Of a DNA stretch of 57,869 bases, positions 9,611 through 19,050 are shown piece after piece. Positions within the stretch are counted from its first letter, which is position 1. Every line of letters starts with the position of its first letter. The DNA comes from an uncultured Rhodospirillaceae bacterium (lineage in GTDB: Bacteria > Pseudomonadota > Alphaproteobacteria > MPNO01 > UBA2964). The position numbers and the translations under genes are program-made. The stretch lies in assembly GCA_964499275.1 (NCBI GenBank), contig CAZCKO010000006.1, forward strand, positions 1 through 57,869, read 5' to 3'. The notes under the pieces are model-generated. The model was not told the origin of the DNA, ran no database searches, and saw only the letters and a list, made by a program, of their open reading frames with translations.

Positions 9611-11518
9611 TTATTGACAGGAGAGACATTCCTCGTAGTCGTTTTCGTTTTCTGAAGTATTTTGGGGTACCACCTCAGCTGCCGGCACATGAATAGCATC
9701 GGGTGAGGGCACAGGCATAACACCATCGACCATCATTTCACTTACCTCTTGCTTCTGGGAAACAGCTTCAGCACGTTGAATTGACTTTGAGCGGCAGTAA
9801 TACAAACTTTTCACACCTTTCTTCCATGCCTGCCAATGTATCTGATGTAAAATTTTCTTTTCTACATCAGCCGGTAAAAACACATTCACAGATTGAGACT
9901 GGCATATAAACTCCGCCCTATCCCCAGCTAGATCTATGATCCAGCGTTGATCAAGCTCGAACGCCGTCTTAAATACGTCTTTTTCATCATCGGTCAGGAA
10001 ATCGAGATGCTGAACCGATCCCTCATGAGTTGTGATTGAAGACCAAACTTCTTCAGTATCCTTATCTTTTTCTTCAAGCAAGGCCTTTAAATATTTGTTT
10101 TTGACGCTGAAGGATCCTGACAGTGTCTTGTGTGTAAAAGAGTTTGCCGCAATTGGCTCAATCCCTGGTGATGATCCACCACAGATTATTGAAATTGACG
10201 CTGTTGGCGCAATTGCCATCTTGCTCGAAAATCGTTCCATGATTCCATAATCAGCAGCATCTGGGCAGGCACCACGTTCCTCTGCCAATTTCACTGACGC
10301 TACATCTACCTGCTCTCGAATATATTTGAAGATTTTTTTATTCCATACCTTTGCCATAACAGATTCAAGCGGAATATTTTGCGATTGAAAGAACGAATGG
10401 AGTCCCATGACCCCAAGACCGACAGAGCGCTCGCGCATTGCAGAGTAACGTGCCCGGGCCATTTCATCCGGTGCATTATCAATAAAATCCTGGAGGACAT
10501 TGTCGAGAAATCGCATCACATCCGGAATAAATTGTGGATCATCTTTCCAATTGAACCAAGTTTCTAAATTCAGTGAACAAAGACAACAAACAGCCGTGCG
10601 TTCCTGACCATCCTTATCTGTTCCTGTTGGAAGTGTAATTTCACTACACAGATTCGACATTTTAACTTGTAAATTAGCAAGCTTATGATGTTCCGGAATC
10701 GCTTTATTAACGTGGTCAATGTAAATGAAATAAGGTTCGCCTGTTTCAACTCGAGCTGTCAGCAAACGAACCCAAAGAGAGCGAGCGGGAACTGTGCGGA
10801 CGACGTGGCGATCTTTAGGGCTTCGTAACGGCATTTCACCGTCTTCTTCTACCAAACGCATAAACTCGTCTGTCAAGAGAATGCCATGATGAAGGTTTAG
10901 TGCCTTACGATTGGGATCACCCCCCGTAGGACGACGCAACTCTATAAACTCTTCAATTTCAGGGTGATCAATTGGCAAATAGATAGCAGCGGAGCCTCGC
11001 CTAAGTGAACCTTGGCTAATGGCAAGGGTCAGTGAATCCATCACCCGAATAAAAGGAATAATGCCAGAAGTCTTTCCATTAGCACCAACCTTTTCGCCTA
11101 TAGAGCGCAGGTTACCCCAATAACTACCAATTCCACCACCCTTGGCAGCCAACCACACATTTTCGTTCCAGAGCCCGACTATGCCTTGGAGACTGTCGTC
11201 GGCCTCATTAAGAAAACAAGAAATCGGTAAGCCGCGTTTCGTACCCCCATTTGAAAGTACCGGCGTGGACGGCATAAACCAGAGATTACTTATATAGTCG
11301 TAGAGACGCTGCGCATGCTCCGTGTCATCTGCGTAATGCGCAGCAACACGGGCAAATAAATCCTGATAACCCTCGTCCGGCATCAAATATCTATCTGACA
11401 GCGTTTCCTTACCAAACTCTGTCAGTAATTCATCGCAGCCTTTATTAACTACTACCCGAATACCTCGTTCCGTCTGAAGGACTTCAGGTGTTACATCTCC
11501 GTTAACAATATCAAGCAC
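9611..11518 (-). CDS. nrdA: class I ribonucleotide reductase alpha subunit (no ATP cone)
   Basis: STPVLSN, ISCF, SNLCSEI, APTASIS, LYYCR and C-terminal CLSCQ; GTG at 11518 follows a GGGAGG RBS. Confidence 0.96.
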   Translation of the reverse strand: MLDIVNGDVTPEVLQTERGIRVVVNKGCDELLTEFGKETLSDRYLMPDEGYQDLFARVAAHYADDTEHAQRLYDYISNLWFMPSTPVLSNGGTKRGLPISCFLNEADDSLQGIVGLWNENVWLAAKGGGIGSYWGNLRSIGEKVGANGKTSGIIPFIRVMDSLTLAISQGSLRRGSAAIYLPIDHPEIEEFIELRRPTGGDPNRKALNLHHGILLTDEFMRLVEEDGEMPLRSPKDRHVVRTVPARSLWVRLLTARVETGEPYFIYIDHVNKAIPEHHKLANLQVKMSNLCSEITLPTGTDKDGQERTAVCCLCSLNLETWFNWKDDPQFIPDVMRFLDNVLQDFIDNAPDEMARARYSAMRERSVGLGVMGLHSFFQSQNIPLESVMAKVWNKKIFKYIREQVDVASVKLAEERGACPDAADYGIMERFSSKMAIAPTASISIICGGSSPGIEPIAANSFTHKTLSGSFSVKNKYLKALLEEKDKDTEEVWSSITTHEGSVQHLDFLTDDEKDVFKTAFELDQRWIIDLAGDRAEFICQSQSVNVFLPADVEKKILHQIHWQAWKKGVKSLYYCRSKSIQRAEAVSQKQEVSEMMVDGVMPVPSPDAIHVPAAEVVPQNTSENENDYEECLSCQ

Positions 11519-11751
11519 GCCTAAACCTCCCCTTACACTACCAACTACTACGCTTTTCGATCCCATCTTTTGATTCGTTGGGATAAACCCACTCCTCGAA
11601 CCCGCTTTATGTTTGAGCAAATTAGAAGACTCAACGACCCAGCACCCGACTAAGCTTTTGAAGCCTAACTAAAAGCAGACGGGGCGTTACACTTTCCTTC
11701 CCTCAACATGACGGAACGGCGACAAGTGTGCCCTAAGCTGACTCGTCACGT

Positions 11752-11798
11752 CAACAATAATTAGTGTCTTATACCCTTATACCTACTATATTTTGTGC
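11752..11798. promoter_or_regulatory. tandem NrdR boxes upstream of nrdA
   Basis: caaCaAtAatTaGtgt (11752-11767) and ctaCtAtATtTtGtgc (11783-11798) resemble acaCwAtATaTwGtgt; 31 bp apart. Confidence 0.75.
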
Positions 11799-11880
11799 AT
11801 AAATAGGTGGATGTATTCATAAAAAGTGATTTATAGCCTGTGGAAAACTAACGCTTTTGCTGTGGAAAACCTGTGGAAAA
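11794..11880 (-). promoter_or_regulatory. cluster of DnaA-box-like 9-mers
   Basis: TGTGCATAA at 11794 and TGTGGAAAA at 11839, 11861 and 11872; all match TTWTNCACA on the minus strand. Confidence 0.65.
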
Positions 11881-11979
11881 AATTTTAATTTTAATTTTCT
11901 TTTAACAAATTTTGGCTCAACTTAGACAGCTAAATAACAATTTAACCAAAATTCCGTCCGCAGCTGAACCAGATGCTCC

Positions 11980-13008
11980 CTATTTTTCTCCACTCATGGC
12001 CTGCTCCAATCTTGAAAAAACACTGAATGCATTCTCTGAGAATATTTGGGCCTTTTGGTTACCTGATATATCCGCTGCATCGATATATCTTTTTGTATCG
12101 TCGTAGTTAAAGCCGGTTTCCGGATCAACCCCGCGAACAGCTCCAACCATTTCTGAAGCAAAAAGAATATTTTTCGTTGGTATCACTTCAAGCAGGCAGT
12201 CTATTCCAGCCTGATGATAGACACATGTGTCAAAATACACGTTGTTTAGTAACAGCTCATCTAAAGTTGGACGCCCCATGTCTTGTGCTAATCCACGGAA
12301 CCGGCCCCAATGATAGGGTACCGCACCACCGCCATGTGGAATTATAAACTTTAATGTTGGGAACTCTTTAAAAAGGTCTGACATTAACAGCTGCATAAAT
12401 ACTGTGGTATCACCACATAAATAATGCGAACCGGTGTGATGGAAATTAGGATTACATGATCCGCTAACATGTAACATTGCTGGTACATCCAATTCGACCA
12501 TTGCCTCGTAAATTGGATACCACCACTTGTCAGTGATGGGCGGGTCGGTCCACATCGCTCCTGATGGGTCAGGGTTAAGATTGAGCCCAATAAAACCCAT
12601 TTCATTGACGCAACGCTTTAGTTCAGGAACACTTTTCTTTGGCTCAACGCCAGGATATTGGGGCAACTGACATACTGGCACAAAATTCTCCGGGTAAAGG
12701 TCACATGCCCTTCGTACCATATTATTGCAAATAGTTGCCCAATATTCGCTGGTTTTTGCAGTACCAAGATGGTGCCCCATTCCGACCGCACGAGGGGAAA
12801 AAATTGTTACATCAGACCCACGTTCTCGTTGTAGCTTAATTTGAGCGGGCTCCAAACGCTCTCGCATTTCATCATCACTACAACTAAAGTTTGCCTCCGA
12901 CGGAACAAAGTTTGGGTCATTGTCCACCCCGGCGAGTTGGCTCTTGCGGTAATCCGTTAGTGCATCGGGCTCTGTCGTATAATGGCCGTGGCAATCAATA
13001 ATCATCAC
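11980..13008 (-). CDS. ligJ: 4-oxalomesaconate hydratase (amidohydrolase fold)
   Basis: MIIDCHGHYTT, IFSPRA, IIPHGGGAVPYHWGRFRGLA, FDTCVYHQ, FASEMVGAVRG typical of LigJ. Confidence 0.9.
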   Translation of the reverse strand: MMIIDCHGHYTTEPDALTDYRKSQLAGVDNDPNFVPSEANFSCSDDEMRERLEPAQIKLQRERGSDVTIFSPRAVGMGHHLGTAKTSEYWATICNNMVRRACDLYPENFVPVCQLPQYPGVEPKKSVPELKRCVNEMGFIGLNLNPDPSGAMWTDPPITDKWWYPIYEAMVELDVPAMLHVSGSCNPNFHHTGSHYLCGDTTVFMQLLMSDLFKEFPTLKFIIPHGGGAVPYHWGRFRGLAQDMGRPTLDELLLNNVYFDTCVYHQAGIDCLLEVIPTKNILFASEMVGAVRGVDPETGFNYDDTKRYIDAADISGNQKAQIFSENAFSVFSRLEQAMSGEK

Positions 13009-13073
13009 TCATTCTCCTGTCTTACTTATCAACAATTTCAGCTAAAGCACCACCGAACACGAAATCGGTCACA

Positions 13074-13982
13074 TTAATAGGATGGAGCGGGGTCTCCCTG
13101 CTTATCATCACCCTTGCCAGCACGCCCAGAGAGCTCCAACCCTTTATCTAAGCCAGGGGTCGAACGAACTGGGGCGGCCATTAAGAAAGTATACCCTTCT
13201 TCCAGAATTCTCTGGACATTTCCAGCGTTAACGTGTGGATGTCCTACCGCCACTTTATTTTCTTTACAGGTGTTAACGATTTCGGCCATAGCCTCCAAAA
13301 CTATCGGGTGCTCATACTGACGGGGATAGCCCAGCTCCTGGCTCAGGTCCCCCTCACCAATGAGAACTGCGCCCACCCCTGGAACGTTTTGCAAAATATC
13401 TGATAGGACAGCCATACCTTTAGTGTCCTCGATCATTAAAATCACCAGAATTTCTCCTTCTGGAGCTAAAGGCCACACATCTGCTCTCTGATAATAATCT
13501 TGCTGACTAAGACCCCAATAACGGGTAGCCGCCGTAGGTCCGTCACCGCGAATGCCAGCCGGCTCATATAACGGTGCGTCACTCATTCTAGGGTAGCGAC
13601 AAGCAGCAACCGCGTTATAAGCCTCTTCAACAGAGCTGATATGGGGCCAAACGACCCCATATACTCCCAGATCAAGTGCTTGCTTGGCTTGCCACTGAGC
13701 CATTTCATTTCCGTTGGGCGGCACTCGAATCATTGGCGTTACCGGGGGTGCCAGTGAACCTGAATTAGCAATTTGCGATCGGTTCAGCATATATTGCAAA
13801 CAATCACGCAATACCGGACCGTCCCAGGGATTGTGCTCCATCTCAAAGACAATACCGTCGTAGCCAGTATTCGTGCTATAGGCAATTGCTGAAGGTATAT
13901 CGGGAGTAGAGAATGCGGTGAAGGCAGGTCTTCCCTCTTCAAGTGCACCAATTACACCATTAAGTCTCGGATTGTCTGCCAT
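13074..13982 (-). CDS. HpcH/HpaI family aldolase
   Basis: FEMEH, RVP, QALDLG, MIED, IGEGDLS; start MADNPRLNG. Confidence 0.85.
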   Translation of the reverse strand: MADNPRLNGVIGALEEGRPAFTAFSTPDIPSAIAYSTNTGYDGIVFEMEHNPWDGPVLRDCLQYMLNRSQIANSGSLAPPVTPMIRVPPNGNEMAQWQAKQALDLGVYGVVWPHISSVEEAYNAVAACRYPRMSDAPLYEPAGIRGDGPTAATRYWGLSQQDYYQRADVWPLAPEGEILVILMIEDTKGMAVLSDILQNVPGVGAVLIGEGDLSQELGYPRQYEHPIVLEAMAEIVNTCKENKVAVGHPHVNAGNVQRILEEGYTFLMAAPVRSTPGLDKGLELSGRAGKGDDKQGDPAPSY

Positions 13983-14225
13983 GTGTCTCCCCTGGAATTT
14001 TAGTTGCAGCAATCTTAGTGTACTGGCACATAAGCAGTCAGACAATCCGGCAACAGCCCCTATCACAAATTTAATTCGAGGCTTAACTCTTAAAAGTTAC
14101 TTTCGAGGATTGTATGAATGAATATAATGAGAAGATAGCACGCTTAAAATTTATTTGAGACCATTAGCGGTGTCGAAACACGCTTTATACTGGAAATTAA
14201 TCTCAACCCTAAATTCGAAAGAGAT

Positions 14226-14813
14226 ATGGCTATGATTGACTTATACGCATGGAAGTCGGCAAACGGCCGTCGCCCTATCATCATTTTGGAAGAAACCGGG
14301 CTTCCATATAATTTAATTCCCATTGACCCGCATGGTGGTAAAAATCAAGAACCTCAATATTTAAAAATAAGTCCGAGTGGCAAGGTACCCTGTCTGGTCG
14401 ACCCTGATGGTCCTAATGGCTTAACAATACAAATCATGGAGTCAGCAGCTATACTGGAATATATAGCAGAGAAAACAGGGAAATTTCTTGGTAAGCGTGA
14501 TACACGCTGGCAGGTGAAGCAATGGCTTTATTATCTTGCCACTAATGTTTCCGTGAGCTTTTCTAATTTAAATCATGCGCAAGACCTTGAGGGGCAATGT
14601 CGTCTCCTTCTCAAGAAAATGGATAGGCACCTCGAGAATAACCAGTATTTTGCCGTTGAATATTCAATCGCCGACATGATGGTCATCGGACGATTCGGAA
14701 CATTTGGGTTCAAATTTATAGACCTAGATGAATATCGACACTTAACGCGTTGGGTGAAACTTATGATGCAACGGCCAGCGGTCAAAAAATCGATGGAAAT
14801 TCCAATCGGTTAA
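14226..14813 (+). CDS. glutathione S-transferase (YfcG/Nu-like)
   Basis: SPSGKVP, ESAAILEYIAEKTG, YSIADM, RPAV. Confidence 0.88.
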   Translation: MAMIDLYAWKSANGRRPIIILEETGLPYNLIPIDPHGGKNQEPQYLKISPSGKVPCLVDPDGPNGLTIQIMESAAILEYIAEKTGKFLGKRDTRWQVKQWLYYLATNVSVSFSNLNHAQDLEGQCRLLLKKMDRHLENNQYFAVEYSIADMMVIGRFGTFGFKFIDLDEYRHLTRWVKLMMQRPAVKKSMEIPIG

Positions 14814-14879
14814 ACAATCATATAGATTCCAAAGATCCTATAGAAAGAAACAAGGGCCGCAAATAAGTTTGACGAATGC

Positions 14880-15752
14880 TTAGTCGTTGAAACCATACAA
14901 GTGAGCGGGATTATCAACTAGGATCCTGCGACGGATTTTCTCATCGGGTGCATGTAAACTTAACAAATCCAACAAATCACCGTCATTAGGCATGTAACCA
15001 TCAATATTAGGATGTGGCCAGTCTGTCCCCCACAAAACGCGATCAGGTGCCGCGGCTATACACGCTTGAGCGAAAGGGACCGCATCATGAAAAGGCTTAC
15101 CTTGAGTGGATATGCGTTCAGCCCCACATATTTTGACCCAAAAATCTTTTTTTTCCTTTAGTAAACCTAAAAGAAGCTGGAAGGGTTTTTGATCAATACC
15201 GTCTTCGGTCTTTACACGCCCCATATGGTCGATCACCACTGGAAGGGGTAGGTCGACTAGAGTTTGAGCATGCTCGACAATATCTGGTGCCTCCATGTAA
15301 ATTACAACATGCCAACCAAATGGCGCGACACGGTCAGTGATCCTTCTTACCGTTGTAAAATCTGGTGCGTTACCAATGTGGCGCGCGAAGGAAAATCGTA
15401 TTCCTCTTATTCCGCCCTCATTTAGCGTATTAAAATCCTCATCGCTGAAGCTATCATCGACGATTGCAACGCCGCGATAACGACCACTGGAGCGCGCAAT
15501 CGCATCTAATGCCGCTGTGTTATCTGTACCATGACAAGTAGCTTGGACAATGACCGCTCTCTCTATACCCAAAACCTTTTGTAACCCCTGCATAGTTTCA
15601 AATGATGCATCAGGCGGTGTATAGGACCGATCTGGAGAAAAGGGAAATCGCTTCGCTGGGCCAAAGACATGGCAGTGTGCATCACAAGCTTTTGGAGGAA
15701 CGACAAAGTTTGGAGATTTAGTTTTGGGATCTGGACCCTGACAGTAATTCAT
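14880..15752 (-). CDS. 2-pyrone-4,6-dicarboxylate lactonase-like amidohydrolase (LigI family)
   Basis: CDAHCHVFGP, VQATCHGTDN, IDHMGR, WGTDWPHP, PNDG, DNPA.LY. Confidence 0.85.
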   Translation of the reverse strand: MNYCQGPDPKTKSPNFVVPPKACDAHCHVFGPAKRFPFSPDRSYTPPDASFETMQGLQKVLGIERAVIVQATCHGTDNTAALDAIARSSGRYRGVAIVDDSFSDEDFNTLNEGGIRGIRFSFARHIGNAPDFTTVRRITDRVAPFGWHVVIYMEAPDIVEHAQTLVDLPLPVVIDHMGRVKTEDGIDQKPFQLLLGLLKEKKDFWVKICGAERISTQGKPFHDAVPFAQACIAAAPDRVLWGTDWPHPNIDGYMPNDGDLLDLLSLHAPDEKIRRRILVDNPAHLYGFND

Positions 15753-15808
15753 GGAAACAATTTTATATATAAAGCAATATTTTAACCAACGATGGTGCCT
15801 AGTCTGTT

Positions 15809-16297
15809 TTAGAGTTTATTCAATTTTACAAATTCAGAGAATGCGGCCAAAGTCTCAGGACTACAACGGTGCTCCATACCTTCAGCGTCTGCCCATGCTG
15901 TCGCCTCATCCACACCGACCGCCCTTAGTAACGCCACTACTATATGATGACGTGCCCGAGAGGCTTCCGCCATATGGCGTCCTTCTTTGGTTAGAAAAAT
16001 TGAACGGTACGGCTCTGCATTGACCAGACCCATTTGCTTTAGCCTGGAGATCATCTTGTTGACAGTCGCTCCGGTAACACCAAGCCGCCTTGCAATATCA
16101 ACCGCCCGAGCCTCACCTTGCTCATCGATTAAATCCGCAACAAGCTCCACATAATCTTCTATAATTTCTGTTTCCCGTGCTTGGCGAGCACGCTTGAAAT
16201 GACTTGCTTGACGATCAGGCGTCATGTGAGCAGAAATTGCGCCTGTCCCCTCAGGCGGCGTCGATAGCTGTTCTTTGGAATGTTCGGAATCATTCAT
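15809..16297 (-). CDS. mntR: manganese-dependent transcriptional regulator MntR
   Basis: EDYVEL, wHTH, PYRSIFLT, DAEGMEH as in E. coli-type MntR. Confidence 0.92.
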   Translation of the reverse strand: MNDSEHSKEQLSTPPEGTGAISAHMTPDRQASHFKRARQARETEIIEDYVELVADLIDEQGEARAVDIARRLGVTGATVNKMISRLKQMGLVNAEPYRSIFLTKEGRHMAEASRARHHIVVALLRAVGVDEATAWADAEGMEHRCSPETLAAFSEFVKLNKL

Positions 16298-16326
16298 AAA
16301 AATACAATAGTTCAGGGATTAGAGTG

Positions 16327-16370
16327 TTGACAATGACTTAGTTGCTTCTACTATTCTTAGCTAAGGCTAA
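16327..16370 (+). promoter_or_regulatory. sigma70-like promoter with overlapping MntR box
   Basis: TTGACA (16327), 16-nt spacer, TACTAT (16349); palindrome TTAGC-TAAG-GCTAA (16357-16370) resembling ATAGC-N4-GCTAT. Confidence 0.7.
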
Positions 16371-16443
16371 CTTTTAATTGCTGTCGACAGGGCAGTCCAG
16401 AGGTTGGTTCAAGGACATTTACAACAAATTATAGGGCCAAGAG

Positions 16444-17655
16444 ATGACATCGCTCGGCATAGTTGCACGTCGAGGATTTGAACAGACCGCAAAGTGGGCT
16501 GCCGGGTTCGGACTAATCCGACTTTCGATTTTGTTGTCACTAACCGTACTCTCCGCCTGTTCAACCGATGCGGCTATGATTATGGTCCAAAGCCTGTCGG
16601 ATGCCTTCCTTCAAGTAACCGTATTTGTTGCTGCAACACTTGTAATATTTTATTTTCTTGAAGCTTGGTACAAAATTGATGTCACTTCTCTACTTTCCCG
16701 TTTTCAGGTTTGGCAGGTCCCAATTGCCGCAGGATTAGGTGCTCTACCCGGCTGCGGCGGGGCTATAATGGTTATCACTCAGTATATTCGTGGAGGCATT
16801 AGTTTTGGATCGGTCGTCTCTGTTTTAACTTCGACCATGGGTGATGCCGCTTTTTTACTCCTTGCGACGGCACCTGAAATTGGATTAGCCATCTTTGGTA
16901 TCGGATTTCTCGTTGGTATTGCATCTGGCTACACTGTCGATGCGATCCATGGAAATGGATTTCTTCGCCCGAAATCTGAAAACCATAAGGAGACCTCAAA
17001 CTCCTATACCCGTCGTATAGATTCACGTTGGTGGCGTTATTTATGGACCATATTCCTCATTCCCGGCCTAATTTTTGGAGGATTTGTTGCTTTCCAGGCT
17101 AACACGTCTGCCATCTTCGGTGTCTTCATGGGAATTGAAACAGTCGTTTGGGTTGGTTTAGGTGGAGCTATCGTATCCTTGATGCTCTGGGGTATAACTC
17201 CACCTACCTCCAACAAAATAAGCTCAAAGGCTTCTGACACATTGGGCTGGGCGTCCGGGAGCACTAGGCGCCTAGGTGATGCGCCTGCCCGTGTGGTTGG
17301 CGACACTTGTTTTGTAACTGTCTGGGTAGTCTTTGCATATCTGATATACGAGCTTGGCATTTATTTTTTAGATATTGACCTTAAACAAATATTTCAAATC
17401 TGGGCGCCTCTAGTGCCTTTTATCGCCATACTTGTGGGCTTTATCCCAGGCTGTGGCCCGCAACTTGTCGTGGCAACAATGTATCTGAATGGACTAGTAC
17501 CATTTTCTGCTGAAGTCGGAAACGCTATCAGTAATGATGGCGACGCCCTTTTTCCAGCTATAGCAATGGTACCGAAAGCAGCTGTTATCGCGACCTTGTA
17601 TAGCGCCCTTCCCGCCCTACTGGTTGCTTACTGCTATTACTGGCTTTTCGAATAA
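16444..17655 (+). CDS. putative manganese transporter (MntX/DUF2899-like)
   Basis: Polytopic membrane protein with duplicated PGCG and GDA motifs (MGDAAF, NDGDALFP); divergent from mntR. Confidence 0.82.
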   Translation: MTSLGIVARRGFEQTAKWAAGFGLIRLSILLSLTVLSACSTDAAMIMVQSLSDAFLQVTVFVAATLVIFYFLEAWYKIDVTSLLSRFQVWQVPIAAGLGALPGCGGAIMVITQYIRGGISFGSVVSVLTSTMGDAAFLLLATAPEIGLAIFGIGFLVGIASGYTVDAIHGNGFLRPKSENHKETSNSYTRRIDSRWWRYLWTIFLIPGLIFGGFVAFQANTSAIFGVFMGIETVVWVGLGGAIVSLMLWGITPPTSNKISSKASDTLGWASGSTRRLGDAPARVVGDTCFVTVWVVFAYLIYELGIYFLDIDLKQIFQIWAPLVPFIAILVGFIPGCGPQLVVATMYLNGLVPFSAEVGNAISNDGDALFPAIAMVPKAAVIATLYSALPALLVAYCYYWLFE

Positions 17656-18981
17656 TTAAAGCCCACTGGGTATTGGCCCTAGGGCAGAGCGCAATTGCTC
17701 ATCCACCCATTTTGCATGTCCTAAGGTTGCATCATCGGTATCACGTCGGCCAACCATCTGAAAGCAAAGCGGCATTCCACTTGGTCCTTCAAATATTGGA
17801 AAATTAACCGATGGTGTATACATCTGTGTCCAAAGTCTTGCAAAAGTTGCCGTACGGACCTCTTCCAGACCAATTGGCGGCTCACCTGGTAAACTTGGAG
17901 ATAGAATTAGGTCCCAATTATCGAAAAGCTTATCCATTTCAGATCGAGCAGCGTTCATCTTCTTTCCAGCATTCCGGTAATCCTCTTCGGTGAGACCCTT
18001 AACCCACTCGATCCTCTCGCGATTATGATCATTAAAACTTTCATAATGGTCACGAATTTCTGTTTTCAGCATTAAGGCAGCTTCCCAAGCGTTTATTACT
18101 GCTGCATCCGGAATAATATCCGTAAATAAAGGGGGCAAATCAAAGTTCCTCACAACAGCACCAGCGCCCCTCAATATTTCTGCTACTTTTTCTATAGCCT
18201 TTTGCATCGCCGGTTCTGCCTCATCCCATAATGGGGTCCGCAAGACACCTATTCGCAAATTATTTTTCGCATTCGATTCTGGCATACTTCCAGTTTGCAC
18301 TTGCCGAAGTACGATCAAATCCTCAATTGAACGGGCAAAGAGACCAATCGTATCAATCGATTTCTTGCAGTGGCGAATCCCGCCGCGATCAATTCCATCC
18401 AGGCTAGCTTTATAACCGTATACACCACAGTTTGCAGCTGGACCGATTACTGAGCCCCCTGTTTGCGTGCCGTTTGCAATCGGGACCATATAGTCTGCCA
18501 CTGATGCTGCTGAGCCACTTGAAGATACCCCGGGGGTCCGAGCAGGATCATGTGGGTTGAGTGTTTGACGAGGCTTAGGGCACGCAAACTCAGTTGTTAG
18601 GGTTTTTCCTAATATTACCAGTCCGGCATCACGCAATTGTGCGACACAGGTAGAATCCACATTAAATTCTTTCCCCAGGTATGGGGGGAAACCATGCCCA
18701 GTCGGCATATCTTTAGTATCAAAGATATCTTTTATACCTACAGGTACACCATGCAGTGGGCTGCGCCGGGGCAAATTATCTAGTGCGCAGGCCTGCTCGA
18801 GAGCATATTCAGGGTCTAGATGATCCCATGCAAAAATTTCACCATCTCGCGCTTCAATCCGGTCAAGACAATCACGTGTGAGTTCCTCGGAAGTAATCTC
18901 ACCCGCTTCAAGTTTAGCGGCGGCCTCTGCAGCGGTTAGCCCGTTCAATGCCAAAGGCCCCTTATCCTTAAGGTCAACCAT
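17656..18981 (-). CDS. amidase signature family protein
   Basis: GVPVGIKD, GKTLTTEFA, TPGVSSSGSAA, GTQTGGSV. Confidence 0.9.
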   Translation of the reverse strand: MVDLKDKGPLALNGLTAAEAAAKLEAGEITSEELTRDCLDRIEARDGEIFAWDHLDPEYALEQACALDNLPRRSPLHGVPVGIKDIFDTKDMPTGHGFPPYLGKEFNVDSTCVAQLRDAGLVILGKTLTTEFACPKPRQTLNPHDPARTPGVSSSGSAASVADYMVPIANGTQTGGSVIGPAANCGVYGYKASLDGIDRGGIRHCKKSIDTIGLFARSIEDLIVLRQVQTGSMPESNAKNNLRIGVLRTPLWDEAEPAMQKAIEKVAEILRGAGAVVRNFDLPPLFTDIIPDAAVINAWEAALMLKTEIRDHYESFNDHNRERIEWVKGLTEEDYRNAGKKMNAARSEMDKLFDNWDLILSPSLPGEPPIGLEEVRTATFARLWTQMYTPSVNFPIFEGPSGMPLCFQMVGRRDTDDATLGHAKWVDEQLRSALGPIPSGL

Positions 18982-19050
18982 TTAACGCTCCTTTCAATTT
19001 TAACTGCCCCCGATTACATCTTCATTCACAACTAAGCCAAACTGTGTACT

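Noticed and set aside
6656-11620. Helicase plus nrdAB as prophage genes
   Set aside because: No integrase or structural genes; nrdAB has host-type NrdR boxes
11794-11912. Chromosomal origin of replication
   Set aside because: Short region with no dnaA, hemE or parAB context; nrdA regulation is the simpler explanation
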